IMG/VR virus record: IMGVR_UViG_3300036770_008700
Span: 32,001-96,000 of that record
Strand: one strand, 5' to 3'
Length of the DNA stretch: 64,000 nt
From: a virus
Positions within the stretch are counted from its first letter, which is position 1. The number at the start of each line of letters is the position of its first letter. The position numbers and the translations under genes were made by a program. Shown here in pieces: positions 8,326-16,802 of this stretch. Below the pieces are notes generated by a model. It searched no databases and was not told where the DNA came from. It saw only the letters and a list, made by a program, of their open reading frames with translations.

Positions 8326-8841
8326 TCATTCGTCATAAACCTCGCAACCATAAAGACGCCTAATCTTGTCAACTGATTGCTTTGGAATCTTGCACGTATA
8401 ACTTACTTGATAGCAATCTTTGTTTGAAGCAGCTAAAACTACATGGTCTTTCCATGTTGGCTTCATGTTAAGAAACTCAACACCTAGTTGCTGTTGAAAC
8501 AACTCAACAACAGCATTTACCCAGCCCCAGCCGGTTTTAAATGCCATTTGCTTGCCTCGTGGAATATTAATGTTTAGTCGTTGTGTTTTGTAACCAGCAA
8601 TGGTTTCATTCGACCATACAGCTTCATTCAAAGCAATCCAATCATTATTCGAGGTACGTGAGTATGCAGCCGCAAAATCCTTGAGACGACGACCTACTTG
8701 AACATAACATTGTTCTGGCAAAGCATCTACTAATGCTTTTCTTTGCTCGGTCATTGCTTGCTCAAGTGTTGAGTAAAAGTTAACTGTAGTGATTGCTTTG
8801 TCTTTATTGCCAACAAGCATGTAATACGATTTTTGAATCAT
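8326..8841 (-). CDS. hypothetical protein
   Basis: 171-aa ORF with aaggag SD. Confidence 0.7.
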   Translation of the reverse strand: MIQKSYYMLVGNKDKAITTVNFYSTLEQAMTEQRKALVDALPEQCYVQVGRRLKDFAAAYSRTSNNDWIALNEAVWSNETIAGYKTQRLNINIPRGKQMAFKTGWGWVNAVVELFQQQLGVEFLNMKPTWKDHVVLAASNKDCYQVSYTCKIPKQSVDKIRRLYGCEVYDE

Positions 8842-8882
8842 AATGGTGACTCCTTACGCTAAGTTATCACACACGTTTTTCT

Positions 8883-9185
8883 TTATAAACCAATATCAAA
8901 ACATTCATTATCACACCAATCATCAGGAACAAAAATCCATCCAAGCTGTCCATTGTTTGAAAGAACTTTTAAACAATTTCTATCTCGCTCAATCAAACAG
9001 AATATACTCTTTGGTTCAAGATAAGAAACGTTGCAGTTTAAATGAAATGAATAATATTTGGCTGCATCGCTGGTGTCTCGAAGACTACATCGTCGAATAG
9101 CAATGCTGCTGTGTAGGATACTATCTTTTGAAGGATACAACAACCAAAAGTATTCCTTGATTTGATAAAGCTTTCCAACATTCAT
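8883..9185 (-). CDS. tandem 'GKLY' paralog 4 (most divergent)
   Basis: MNVGKLYQ..YFWLLYPSKD-[variable]-YYS..CNVSY..PKSIFC..G.LGWI. Confidence 0.8.
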   Translation of the reverse strand: MNVGKLYQIKEYFWLLYPSKDSILHSSIAIRRCSLRDTSDAAKYYSFHLNCNVSYLEPKSIFCLIERDRNCLKVLSNNGQLGWIFVPDDWCDNECFDIGL

Positions 9186-9475
9186 TGGTTTACTTCCTCA
9201 ATATAGTTCTTGTCCTTGTAAAAATCAGAAAGATAAATCCAACCAAGCTCACCATTAGTTGAAAGGATTTTACAGAACTTACCATCTTGCTCCAAAAAAC
9301 AGAAAATGCTTTTTGGAGAAATATATGAAACGTTGCAGTTATATTCCTTGCTATAATAAGCGGCGGCGGAGGCGGTGGTGTCGAGGGAGGCGAAGAGGAA
9401 GGCGTCAGCAATATCCTTTGAAGGATAAAGTAACCAAAAATACTTCTTGACTTGATAAAGCTTTCCGATGTTCAT
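9182..9475 (-). CDS. tandem 'GKLY' paralog 3
   Basis: Same scaffold; ATGA overlaps with both neighbours. Confidence 0.85.
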   Translation of the reverse strand: MNIGKLYQVKKYFWLLYPSKDIADAFLFASLDTTASAAAYYSKEYNCNVSYISPKSIFCFLEQDGKFCKILSTNGELGWIYLSDFYKDKNYIEEVNQ

Positions 9476-9768
9476 TGATTTACTTCCTCAATATCGGCTT
9501 TGCACCAATCAGCAAGATTAATCCAACCAAGTTCTCCATTAGTTGAAAGAATCTTGCAACAATACCCATCTTGTTCCAAGAGCATAAAAATGCTGTTTGG
9601 AAAAATATATGAAACGTTGCAGTTGAAACGCTTGCTATAATAATCAGCGCCCTCTACGGCTTCGGTGAAGGAGGCTCCAGCAACAGCGGGGTAGGTGGCG
9701 ACTTCATCCTTTGAAGGAAAAAGAAACCAAAAGTATTTCTTGGCTTGATAAAGCTTTCCAACATTCAT
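9472..9768 (-). CDS. tandem 'GKLY' paralog 2
   Basis: Same scaffold; ATGA overlaps. Confidence 0.85.
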   Translation of the reverse strand: MNVGKLYQAKKYFWFLFPSKDEVATYPAVAGASFTEAVEGADYYSKRFNCNVSYIFPNSIFMLLEQDGYCCKILSTNGELGWINLADWCKADIEEVNQ

Positions 9769-10061
9769 TGATTTACTTCCTCAATGCAACCCTTTGCCCA
9801 ATCTTTATTTTTTGGATAAATGATCCAACCAAGTTCTCCGTTGGTTGAAAGAATCTTGCAAAATCGTCCATCTTGTTCCAAAAAACAGAAAATGCTTTTT
9901 GGAGAAATGTATGAAATATTGCATTTGAAATACGTGCTCCAATAATCAGCAACAGCGGCGGTGGCGGCGGCGGCCAGATCGTCTTCGGCGGCAGCAATCT
10001 CCTTTGAAGGAAAAAGGAGCCAAAAATACTCCTTGACTTGATAAAGCTTTCCAACATTCAT
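9765..10061 (-). CDS. tandem 'GKLY' paralog 1
   Basis: Start MNVGK at 10061 by homology; upstream TGgTATACT is a likely promoter rather than coding sequence. Confidence 0.85.
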   Translation of the reverse strand: MNVGKLYQVKEYFWLLFPSKEIAAAEDDLAAAATAAVADYWSTYFKCNISYISPKSIFCFLEQDGRFCKILSTNGELGWIIYPKNKDWAKGCIEEVNQ

Positions 10062-10098
10062 GAATCCAGTATACCACATGGAAAAATGAATATAACGG

Positions 10099-10530
10099 TT
10101 ATTTTTTCGCTTCTAAAAGCTTTGTAAATCCTTCAATAACAGCGTCACTCCAAAATTGATACTCATAATCCTCTAACTTATTCTCTTTTAACCACTTCCT
10201 CGTTGCCGTAGCCTTGGCAATAACTTTTCTGTCAGTCAACTTGTCGGCACGCTTGACTTCCACAATAACCTTTTTACCGGTTTTATACAGAACCAAGAAG
10301 TCAGGAGTATAGTTTCTATACCTGCCAGCTATTGCATACCGGATAATAATGCTCTCATATTCGTAAGAAAGCACATCTGGATTCTGATCTAGATAGAGTG
10401 CAACCGTGTATTCCCAACCTGATCTATATTTTATTGGTGTTGGACATTTAGGAGAATAATGTGTCCCAGTTATGTAATGCTTTTTACGCTTGCGTCGCTT
10501 TTTTACAGTTTTCTTTTTATCAGTTTCCAC
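10099..10530 (-). CDS. TnsA-N / T4 gp4-like head completion nuclease (PD-(D/E)XK)
   Basis: YRSGWE, YEYE.IIIRY, YTPDFLV and VEVK motifs. Confidence 0.75.
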   Translation of the reverse strand: METDKKKTVKKRRKRKKHYITGTHYSPKCPTPIKYRSGWEYTVALYLDQNPDVLSYEYESIIIRYAIAGRYRNYTPDFLVLYKTGKKVIVEVKRADKLTDRKVIAKATATRKWLKENKLEDYEYQFWSDAVIEGFTKLLEAKK

Positions 10531-11918
10531 AATACCTTTTCCATTACCAATGCTTGAGTCATTTCTTGTAACCCAGATAAACGCTGAAAAGCAGAACGAC
10601 GAACAAAGTTGTCTGAATCTTTTGCCAGTTTCTCTAAAATATCCCGAGGAACTTTGGGATTGTCTGCAACAGCTTCCCGTGTTAAAGGGTCTGTAGAATC
10701 ATCAGCAAGATACCTTAAAACTTCCTGTGGTGTGTTTCGATTTCCTGCAACCGCTATTCGAACCACCGGTTGCTTCGCTAACTCAGCTAAAACATCGCCT
10801 GGAGTGTCTTCATTTCGTGCAACAGCAGATCGTACAGTCTCTGCTGGGTCTTTTGAAAAAGTTGTTAAAACCTCTGGTGTAACGTTTAAATGGTTAACCG
10901 CCAGAATACGAATAGTTGTATTCTCAAGGTCGTCTAACTTTGCTAGACTTGCCAAAACTTTTGGCGTTGCTGAGTTGTTGTTTACAACAGCCATTCGAAC
11001 ATTAAAATCTCTATCGTTAGCAAGAGCCACTAATAAATCTTCTGGAGATTTCTTATTCTTTGCCAGAAGCACACGAACACTATCTGTGTCAAATAAAAGC
11101 GACTTCAAAACTTCTGGTGGAGCGTTTTCATTCCCTGCAACAACTTTTCTAATCTTCCAATCAGAATCCTGTGCAAGACTCGCTAACAACTTCGGTGAAG
11201 AAGTTTTTGCAAGCGTAATCTTCCTTTGATAATCTCTTTCCTCTGTGTCAAATAATTGATCAACATCTTTTATGTTGCTACTTTTAAGTTCAATCACTTT
11301 TACTAAATCAAGCTTGCTTGTATCAAAAAATACTGCTTGACAAGGCTCTGAATCATGAATAATAGAAAGGCAATCGTCGTTAACTCCATCATAGCCAAGC
11401 TTCTTGAAAAGAATTGACCATTTACCTGTTGCGCCGCCACCTCTTGCCACTGAATCATCATCAGTTTTTTTGTCAGAACCACTCAAAAGTCTTGTAACAT
11501 TCCAGATTTTTCCAGCAGGAGTTTTTCTTTTAGCTTTTGAAGCTGCTTTCTCAATCACTTCTAACGAGTTGCCCATGTCAACAAGCTTGGCAATGTCTGC
11601 TTTGTAGTCACTCTCACTATACTTCTTAATCTCTAGAATATTAGCTTCTGGTTTAGGCTTAAAGATAATAGCATAAGGTCTATCAATCGCAAAACTTTCC
11701 ATCTTATCTCTATCTAAAGGATATGCGTAAAATCCAATAGGAGTGTTGTACTTGTTAACAATGTATAACCCTATTCTTGGAACATTAGAAAAGTGAATGA
11801 AATATCCACCTTGTTCCTCGTATTTAACAAGCTCTTCTTGCCAACGAGGAAAATTTTCTCCTATCTCTTCTTTGTATCTGGTTATTTCGGATAAACGAAT
11901 GGTTTTTCTCTTGGTCAT
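10503..11918 (-). CDS. ART-like N-terminal domain fused to LRV/HEAT-like repeats
   Basis: FIHFS..PIGFYAY, LGYDGV and IIHDSEPCQAVFF, then ~24-aa repeats LAxDxxxxVRxAVAxNxxTPxxVL. Confidence 0.65.
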   Translation of the reverse strand: MTKRKTIRLSEITRYKEEIGENFPRWQEELVKYEEQGGYFIHFSNVPRIGLYIVNKYNTPIGFYAYPLDRDKMESFAIDRPYAIIFKPKPEANILEIKKYSESDYKADIAKLVDMGNSLEVIEKAASKAKRKTPAGKIWNVTRLLSGSDKKTDDDSVARGGGATGKWSILFKKLGYDGVNDDCLSIIHDSEPCQAVFFDTSKLDLVKVIELKSSNIKDVDQLFDTEERDYQRKITLAKTSSPKLLASLAQDSDWKIRKVVAGNENAPPEVLKSLLFDTDSVRVLLAKNKKSPEDLLVALANDRDFNVRMAVVNNNSATPKVLASLAKLDDLENTTIRILAVNHLNVTPEVLTTFSKDPAETVRSAVARNEDTPGDVLAELAKQPVVRIAVAGNRNTPQEVLRYLADDSTDPLTREAVADNPKVPRDILEKLAKDSDNFVRRSAFQRLSGLQEMTQALVMEKVLWKLIKRKL

Positions 11919-11995
11919 ACATCATATATATTCTTGGATGTGGAAGATAACCAAGAGGAGAGAGGGAGGGGGAGAGAGAGGATGATTAAGAGTGT

Positions 11996-12016
11996 GTATG
12001 GGTGATGATAAGTAGT
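11996..12016. repeat. 21-bp direct repeat, copy 1 (gtatgggtgatgataagtagt)
   Basis: 19/21 identical to 13017-13037; the two copies flank the endonuclease gene. Confidence 0.85.
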
Positions 12017-12999
12017 TACAGTATATTCATCTCTTCTAACGTTTGTTTTGTTAGCAGTTTATAAGCATCGATCCCATTTGCTCGACAATACTCTTCGGCT
12101 GCTAACTGCTTTTGCTTAACTTTTTCAGATTCTGAATAAGCTGCTGGCTTGATTTCCCAAAGTTCTTTCCGTCCATCGGTATATTCAATCAGAAAATCTG
12201 GAATATATCGTCGAGCATGTTCTCTGTTTCCTTCGTTTAGTTTGTAGCAGATCACGAACGGTTCATATGTAAACGTTCTAACTGTCAGTTCTTTATCCAA
12301 CCATTCAACTACTGCTTTTTCCCAAGATGACCGATAAAAGACTTCGTTGCCCAATTTTTCAGAAAAAACGTGTCCATTTTTGTGGAAGTTTTTCCCATAG
12401 GCTTGACGCTTTCCTGCAACCATTTCTGAAGAAACAATCTCTGACATTTTTTGTCTAGTCTCTAGTGAATGGTTTTTGCCGTACATCGGATTTCTCTCTC
12501 CACTGAAACAAGCTGTATCTTTATGATGTTTTGAGATTTTTTCTTTTGCTTCCTTTGTATGATGTTTACCAAACATAGGATGTTTCGTTTTGTCTTTCAG
12601 TCTCTCAGTCATAGAAGCACTAAGTTTTCCTTTTACTTCATCGTCCATTCGTGCATTATTAGGAATCAAACCTTCTCTAATCGCCGCACCACGACAAGGT
12701 TTGCTACAAAAATGATGTACGAACTTAGCGATCTGATTTTTCCATTGCAAAACCAACTTTTTGCAATAAAAACATTCAATTTCTGCTTTTCTGGGAGAGG
12801 GCTTATAACTTTTTTCCATAACTCTTCGATGTGCATATGCACATTCAAGTTTACAATAATGATTTTTGTTCTTTAGTTGCTTGTATTCCAGCTTTTTTGG
12901 AGTAAAAACAGTGTGGCAAAAATCACACTCGAAAACAACAATTCGTCGCTTTTGTTTTGGTTTACCAACAACGGCTTCCATCTTGTCTTCTATTATCAT
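12016..12999 (-). CDS. homing-endonuclease-like protein: Zn fingers, NUMOD3 repeats and TnsA/gp4-like PD-(D/E)XK nuclease
   Basis: CDFC..YCxxxC, CFYC..FCSKPC; HPMFGKHHTKEAKEKIS, NPMYGKNHSLETRQKMS; YRSSWE, YIPDF, EIKP. Confidence 0.8.
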   Translation of the reverse strand: MIIEDKMEAVVGKPKQKRRIVVFECDFCHTVFTPKKLEYKQLKNKNHYCKLECAYAHRRVMEKSYKPSPRKAEIECFYCKKLVLQWKNQIAKFVHHFCSKPCRGAAIREGLIPNNARMDDEVKGKLSASMTERLKDKTKHPMFGKHHTKEAKEKISKHHKDTACFSGERNPMYGKNHSLETRQKMSEIVSSEMVAGKRQAYGKNFHKNGHVFSEKLGNEVFYRSSWEKAVVEWLDKELTVRTFTYEPFVICYKLNEGNREHARRYIPDFLIEYTDGRKELWEIKPAAYSESEKVKQKQLAAEEYCRANGIDAYKLLTKQTLEEMNIL

Positions 13000-13016
13000 A
13001 TCTCACCTCTATTGTA

Positions 13017-13037
13017 GTATAGGTGATGATAAATAGT
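13017..13037. repeat. 21-bp direct repeat, copy 2 (gtataggtgatgataaatagt)
   Basis: 19/21 identical to 11996-12016. Confidence 0.85.
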
Positions 13038-13046
13038 GGGTATAGG

Positions 13047-15467
13047 TCAAAAGTCTATTTTTATCGTGAACTTAAGCTTATCGCCACTGCGCTTCAAAAC
13101 CGGTTGAGCCATTTTTGTTTTTGCCACTATGTTCAAGTTTTCATCGTGAAGATATAAGTCAGTGATATACACATAACGCTTATCAAAATCACTAGCAAAA
13201 TCTGTTGCTTCCAAGTCACGATTCCAGCTTGGGTTACTAGAACTCACAAGCTCTAAAGGATTAGCATAAAGGTCAGCTTTCATAACATGAATGTTGCGCT
13301 CACCTTGAAACGTGCATTCGAATCCGTTTTCACCAAACCAATAAAGACTTGGATTTTTGATTAACACAAGGCCATTGTCATAAAAGATGTTGCCAACAGA
13401 GTTATATTGAGCTTGTGATCCAGAGCAATCTGCTCTGTAAAGACTTCCAAAGCCATCATCCTTTAGTGTTATACCAACTTTACCATAACTGTTTGATACG
13501 TTGTTATCGGTTATTATAAACGTACCGGGAGCTATTTTGTTGCCATAAAACAAGTTGGATATATCGAATATGACAACTTGCAAGCTACCGTTTTCTTGTG
13601 TTCGCTGGAGGATGGTTGGTGTGCGTTGTGGATTAAGTGTTCCTAGTGAGCTTGTTACATCAAAACCAGACAACGCTGCAATAATGCTTTTTGGATTAAG
13701 GTCTGTGTTAAGAGTTGCACTACCGCTTACTGGTGGAACTAAATCGTATATAGAATCCAGAGAATACATGTTTTTTAACGTAACCAAGTTATAAGCTTCT
13801 TGGCCTTTGTCGGTAACAAAGGAGCTTGCGCTTAGGTTACTTAGCAGTTCATAATAGTTTGGTGTGAACTTACCATTATCGTTTGGCAGAACAGTTAAAC
13901 TGTTTCTGCGTACAGAGCCAGTGTTGTAAAGAAACTGGTTTGAGGTTAGTTGTTCTGTGTTACCAACAAGAGCACTGCCGGTTAAGTTGATTAGTCTTGG
14001 ATAATTTCCTGTTGCAAAGTCTCTTGTATAGTTTTCTAGATTGATATAATGTCCACCAGTATCAAAACTCATGTCAACATTAAATGGATGTTCTGTTGTT
14101 CCATTTACACATTGGAATGGGTGAACTAATACACCACCAAGTCCAGCAACCGTGTCAACGCTTCTATAAGGCGATTCTTTTGTGAACATTGGTGGAAGAT
14201 AGAACAATAGATTTGGATCGCCTAATGGGGCTCCTGATAGGCTTCTTGAGGCTATCTCATTTTGACCAAGATACTTGTTATAGATTTTCAGTTCATGCAC
14301 TTCTGCATTAAGAGGATGTGCTAACGTGTATGAAGTTGGTTCATCTTGTGTGGGACTTGTTATGAACGCTGAACCAGTGACAGGTATACCAAATCTTGTT
14401 TGTGCTCTATTGGAGAAAAAGTAGGCTGCTGGACCGTTTTCTGGGCATTCCAAAAAGTTTCCAACAGTTAAAATGCATGGATTTAAAACCAGCGTTTCTT
14501 CTTTGGGAGCAATGCTTGCAGAAGGAATATAGAATGTTCCTTGTTCAACTCCATCAATCATGAAAGAGCCGCTACCAAAGTTATAACTGTTTGTGCCCCA
14601 ACGAACGGTTACATGTTGCCAAGTGTTTCTTGACAAACAGTTGTCGTTCGAAACAAAGTTTAAACCTGTTGTGCTTGCTGGATTGATTGCGGACGGTAAT
14701 GTTTTTGCTGAACTACTAAGTTGCAACAATAACCTATAACCGTCTGTTAGACCATTTGAATCTCTACTTGAGCCAGAGATAAGAGATAACGCATATGCTC
14801 CAGAAAGATGAAAAATTGTTCCTGCTTTAAATTCACTTGTTTGTGAGTCTATTGTATACTTTGGATTTATCCAAAAATCGAAAGAGAATGCACCAGAAGG
14901 AATATAGCTTGAAGAAACAATGGTTCCAGCACCATTCAAAGAAGCAGTAGTGGGATATAGCAAAGCAGAGTTAGATGGAAGACCACTGGCTGTAAAGAAG
15001 TTTAATGAATTATAGTTGGTAAATGCGAAGTTATAGTTTGTACCGAACAAGCTATAGTAAGGCATGAGCACGTTGGTTGTAACAAACTTACGTGTCATGT
15101 TTAGGTCAAGGTTCACACCAGGAGTAAATCTTACAACTTCTTGTTTTTGTGTGTTTCTTGGGTTGGTTGGTTGGTTTTTAACAACCGACAAATATTCGCT
15201 TATTCTTTGGTTTAACTGCGCTGGTGTTTTTGATTGTTTAGCAAACGCAAGAACATCATCTATATCATTGATTTGTTGGAATGAGCCTGTTGGAGCACCA
15301 GATACAACCGACCAATTCACATAATAGTCTTTCATTGCATTTGAGCGGCGAGGATAAACGTATGCTGCTCCAGTTACACCTGTGCTACTTGACACAAAGG
15401 TTGTGCTTGGTACAGTTTGTATTGAGAAGAACTCAATATCACCGGGCTCGAAACGTTGGATAGACAT
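13047..15467 (-). CDS. virion/baseplate protein with LamG-like domain
   Basis: FSFDFWINP, WQHVTV, ELKIYNKYL; C-terminal ITDLYLHDENLNIVAKTK..PVLK similar to 16803-18041. Confidence 0.75.
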   Translation of the reverse strand: MSIQRFEPGDIEFFSIQTVPSTTFVSSSTGVTGAAYVYPRRSNAMKDYYVNWSVVSGAPTGSFQQINDIDDVLAFAKQSKTPAQLNQRISEYLSVVKNQPTNPRNTQKQEVVRFTPGVNLDLNMTRKFVTTNVLMPYYSLFGTNYNFAFTNYNSLNFFTASGLPSNSALLYPTTASLNGAGTIVSSSYIPSGAFSFDFWINPKYTIDSQTSEFKAGTIFHLSGAYALSLISGSSRDSNGLTDGYRLLLQLSSSAKTLPSAINPASTTGLNFVSNDNCLSRNTWQHVTVRWGTNSYNFGSGSFMIDGVEQGTFYIPSASIAPKEETLVLNPCILTVGNFLECPENGPAAYFFSNRAQTRFGIPVTGSAFITSPTQDEPTSYTLAHPLNAEVHELKIYNKYLGQNEIASRSLSGAPLGDPNLLFYLPPMFTKESPYRSVDTVAGLGGVLVHPFQCVNGTTEHPFNVDMSFDTGGHYINLENYTRDFATGNYPRLINLTGSALVGNTEQLTSNQFLYNTGSVRRNSLTVLPNDNGKFTPNYYELLSNLSASSFVTDKGQEAYNLVTLKNMYSLDSIYDLVPPVSGSATLNTDLNPKSIIAALSGFDVTSSLGTLNPQRTPTILQRTQENGSLQVVIFDISNLFYGNKIAPGTFIITDNNVSNSYGKVGITLKDDGFGSLYRADCSGSQAQYNSVGNIFYDNGLVLIKNPSLYWFGENGFECTFQGERNIHVMKADLYANPLELVSSSNPSWNRDLEATDFASDFDKRYVYITDLYLHDENLNIVAKTKMAQPVLKRSGDKLKFTIKIDF

Positions 15468-15474
15468 AACTATT
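15466..15474 (-). promoter_or_regulatory. putative late promoter motif TA(G/C/T)TTA (representative copy)
   Basis: Same motif in sense orientation upstream of genes at 3932, 4702, 7722, 12008, 13029, 29143, 39924 (minus) and 61475, 61935 (plus). Confidence 0.55.
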
Positions 15475-15493
15475 TGATTTGCTTTCTGCTAAC

Positions 15494-15832
15494 TTAAATA
15501 CTCTCAATGATATTTTCTAGTTTGTTTTCTTTCAATAACGCATGAAGCCTTGGAGCTAATATCGTTGCAACAAGTTCAGAAAGATTTGCACCCTCCTTCA
15601 TCTGCCTAGACACTTCCTCAATCCCAGAGTTATCAAGCATTGTGTGAAGAATCTCATGCATCAATGTTTCTTCTCTTACATCCTTTGCCATCGATCCATT
15701 TACAACAATCTTGCTTTGATAATAGTCTGTGAAACCACAAACTTCTGAGGCATCTCTGCCTGTCATAGCTTCAATCTGTTCTTCAGACCATTGCTGAATG
15801 GAATAACAACGTGTTCCAACTTTCAAGTTCAT
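15494..15832 (-). CDS. small zincin-like metallopeptidase
   Basis: ETLMHEILH (HExxH) preceded by CGFT..KIVV. Confidence 0.7.
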   Translation of the reverse strand: MNLKVGTRCYSIQQWSEEQIEAMTGRDASEVCGFTDYYQSKIVVNGSMAKDVREETLMHEILHTMLDNSGIEEVSRQMKEGANLSELVATILAPRLHALLKENKLENIIESI

Positions 15833-16743
15833 TGTTTCCTCTTTTTATTCCCATATGTTTCTGTTTTCTTGTGACATTCAATACACAAAGTTCTACCATT
15901 GTTTATATCCCATAACTCTTTACAGGCTTCAGCTTGTTCTGTTGTGGCTATATTGTTTTCGTTCATGATATCAGAAAATCTTTTAATATGATCTGCGTTT
16001 ATATCTCTTGATGCATCTCCGCATTGAACGCAAATAAAGTTATCTCTTTTAAACACAGCCAATCGCCACTCTTTGTATGCTTGCAACTGTCTTACGATTG
16101 CATGTATTACAGAAACGCCTTGACCGTTTTTCCAGTTGGGATTTCTTGAACCAACATTGCTTCTTATACCTAGTTTAAACTGCTCTTTTTGCGTAAAGGA
16201 TATTTTTCTTCCAAGATCTGCTATTTCTGGATCATCTTTTGCAGTTTTGCCTTTTGTCCACGGCTCATAACCTTGCGGCATCTCTGGGTGCTTGCCGTAA
16301 AAATGATGGTTTTCTCCAGATTTTGCACATGACCTTGAACAAAATCTAGAAGTTTGCCAATGACTAGACCCAACCTTATACTCTTTCCCACAAGCTTCAC
16401 AAGTTTTTGTTGACGGAACTTTTCTACATTCCCATGAACAATAGTTTTCTTTGTTTACAGCAGAAGCTCTACGCTCAAACTCTTTACCACACCGATTACA
16501 GTTGATCTTTATAGAGTTCTTTCTGGATAATCCAGCAACTTTTCCATGACACTTGTGACCGCAATATTCTTGTTTTTTATGCGAAGGAATATATTTCTCT
16601 CCGCAACCAACACAAGACCTTTCAACTTTCCACGTTTCTGCTATCGCAACAAAATAGCACTTTTTGGAGCAATAAACTTTGTCTGGTTTGCGATGTTGAA
16701 AAGGAGTATTACAAGACTTGCAAACGTAATCATATATCTTCAT
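15829..16743 (-). CDS. HNH homing endonuclease with N-terminal Zn-finger repeats
   Basis: Four CxxC...(Y/F)CxxxC repeats, NPNWKNG, WRLAVFKRDNFICVQCG..ADHIK..NNGRTLCIECH. Confidence 0.9.
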   Translation of the reverse strand: MKIYDYVCKSCNTPFQHRKPDKVYCSKKCYFVAIAETWKVERSCVGCGEKYIPSHKKQEYCGHKCHGKVAGLSRKNSIKINCNRCGKEFERRASAVNKENYCSWECRKVPSTKTCEACGKEYKVGSSHWQTSRFCSRSCAKSGENHHFYGKHPEMPQGYEPWTKGKTAKDDPEIADLGRKISFTQKEQFKLGIRSNVGSRNPNWKNGQGVSVIHAIVRQLQAYKEWRLAVFKRDNFICVQCGDASRDINADHIKRFSDIMNENNIATTEQAEACKELWDINNGRTLCIECHKKTETYGNKKRKQ

Positions 16744-16802
16744 TGGCTAATGCCTCTAAAGATATATAGTGAGTATACTTTTATAGTATGGCTAGAAAGT
16801 TT

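Larger units (their letters stand above)
8883..10061. repeat. tandem array of four ~295-bp gene-sized repeats
   Basis: ttgataaagctttcc(a/g)a...ttcat recurs near 9162, 9452, 9745 and 10038; tttgaagga and gaaacgttgcagtt blocks are shared. Confidence 0.9.

Noticed and set aside
9190-10057. Alternative-frame ORFs with poly-Pro or poly-Arg (9190-9411, 9259-9450, 9773-10057)
   Set aside because: By-products of the GCC-rich cassettes within the real genes.
8883-10061. Complete canonical DGR
   Set aside because: No reverse transcriptase, accessory gene or adenine-rich template repeat found in the window, and variable codons are GCC-centred rather than A-retaining. Kept only as a hypothesis.
8883-10061. 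CRISPR array
   Set aside because: Repeat units are ~295-bp protein-coding genes, not short repeats with spacers. The Cas4-like gene at 58584 is a stand-alone phage nuclease.
10609-11229. 206-aa + strand ORF and similar antisense ORFs (1511-1927, 40274-40729, 44469-44897)
   Set aside because: Antisense shadows of well-supported minus-strand genes, with no motifs.
10099-12999. Tn7-like transposon suggested by TnsA-like domains
   Set aside because: No TnsB or TnsC and no terminal inverted repeats; the domain is common as a phage head-completion nuclease.
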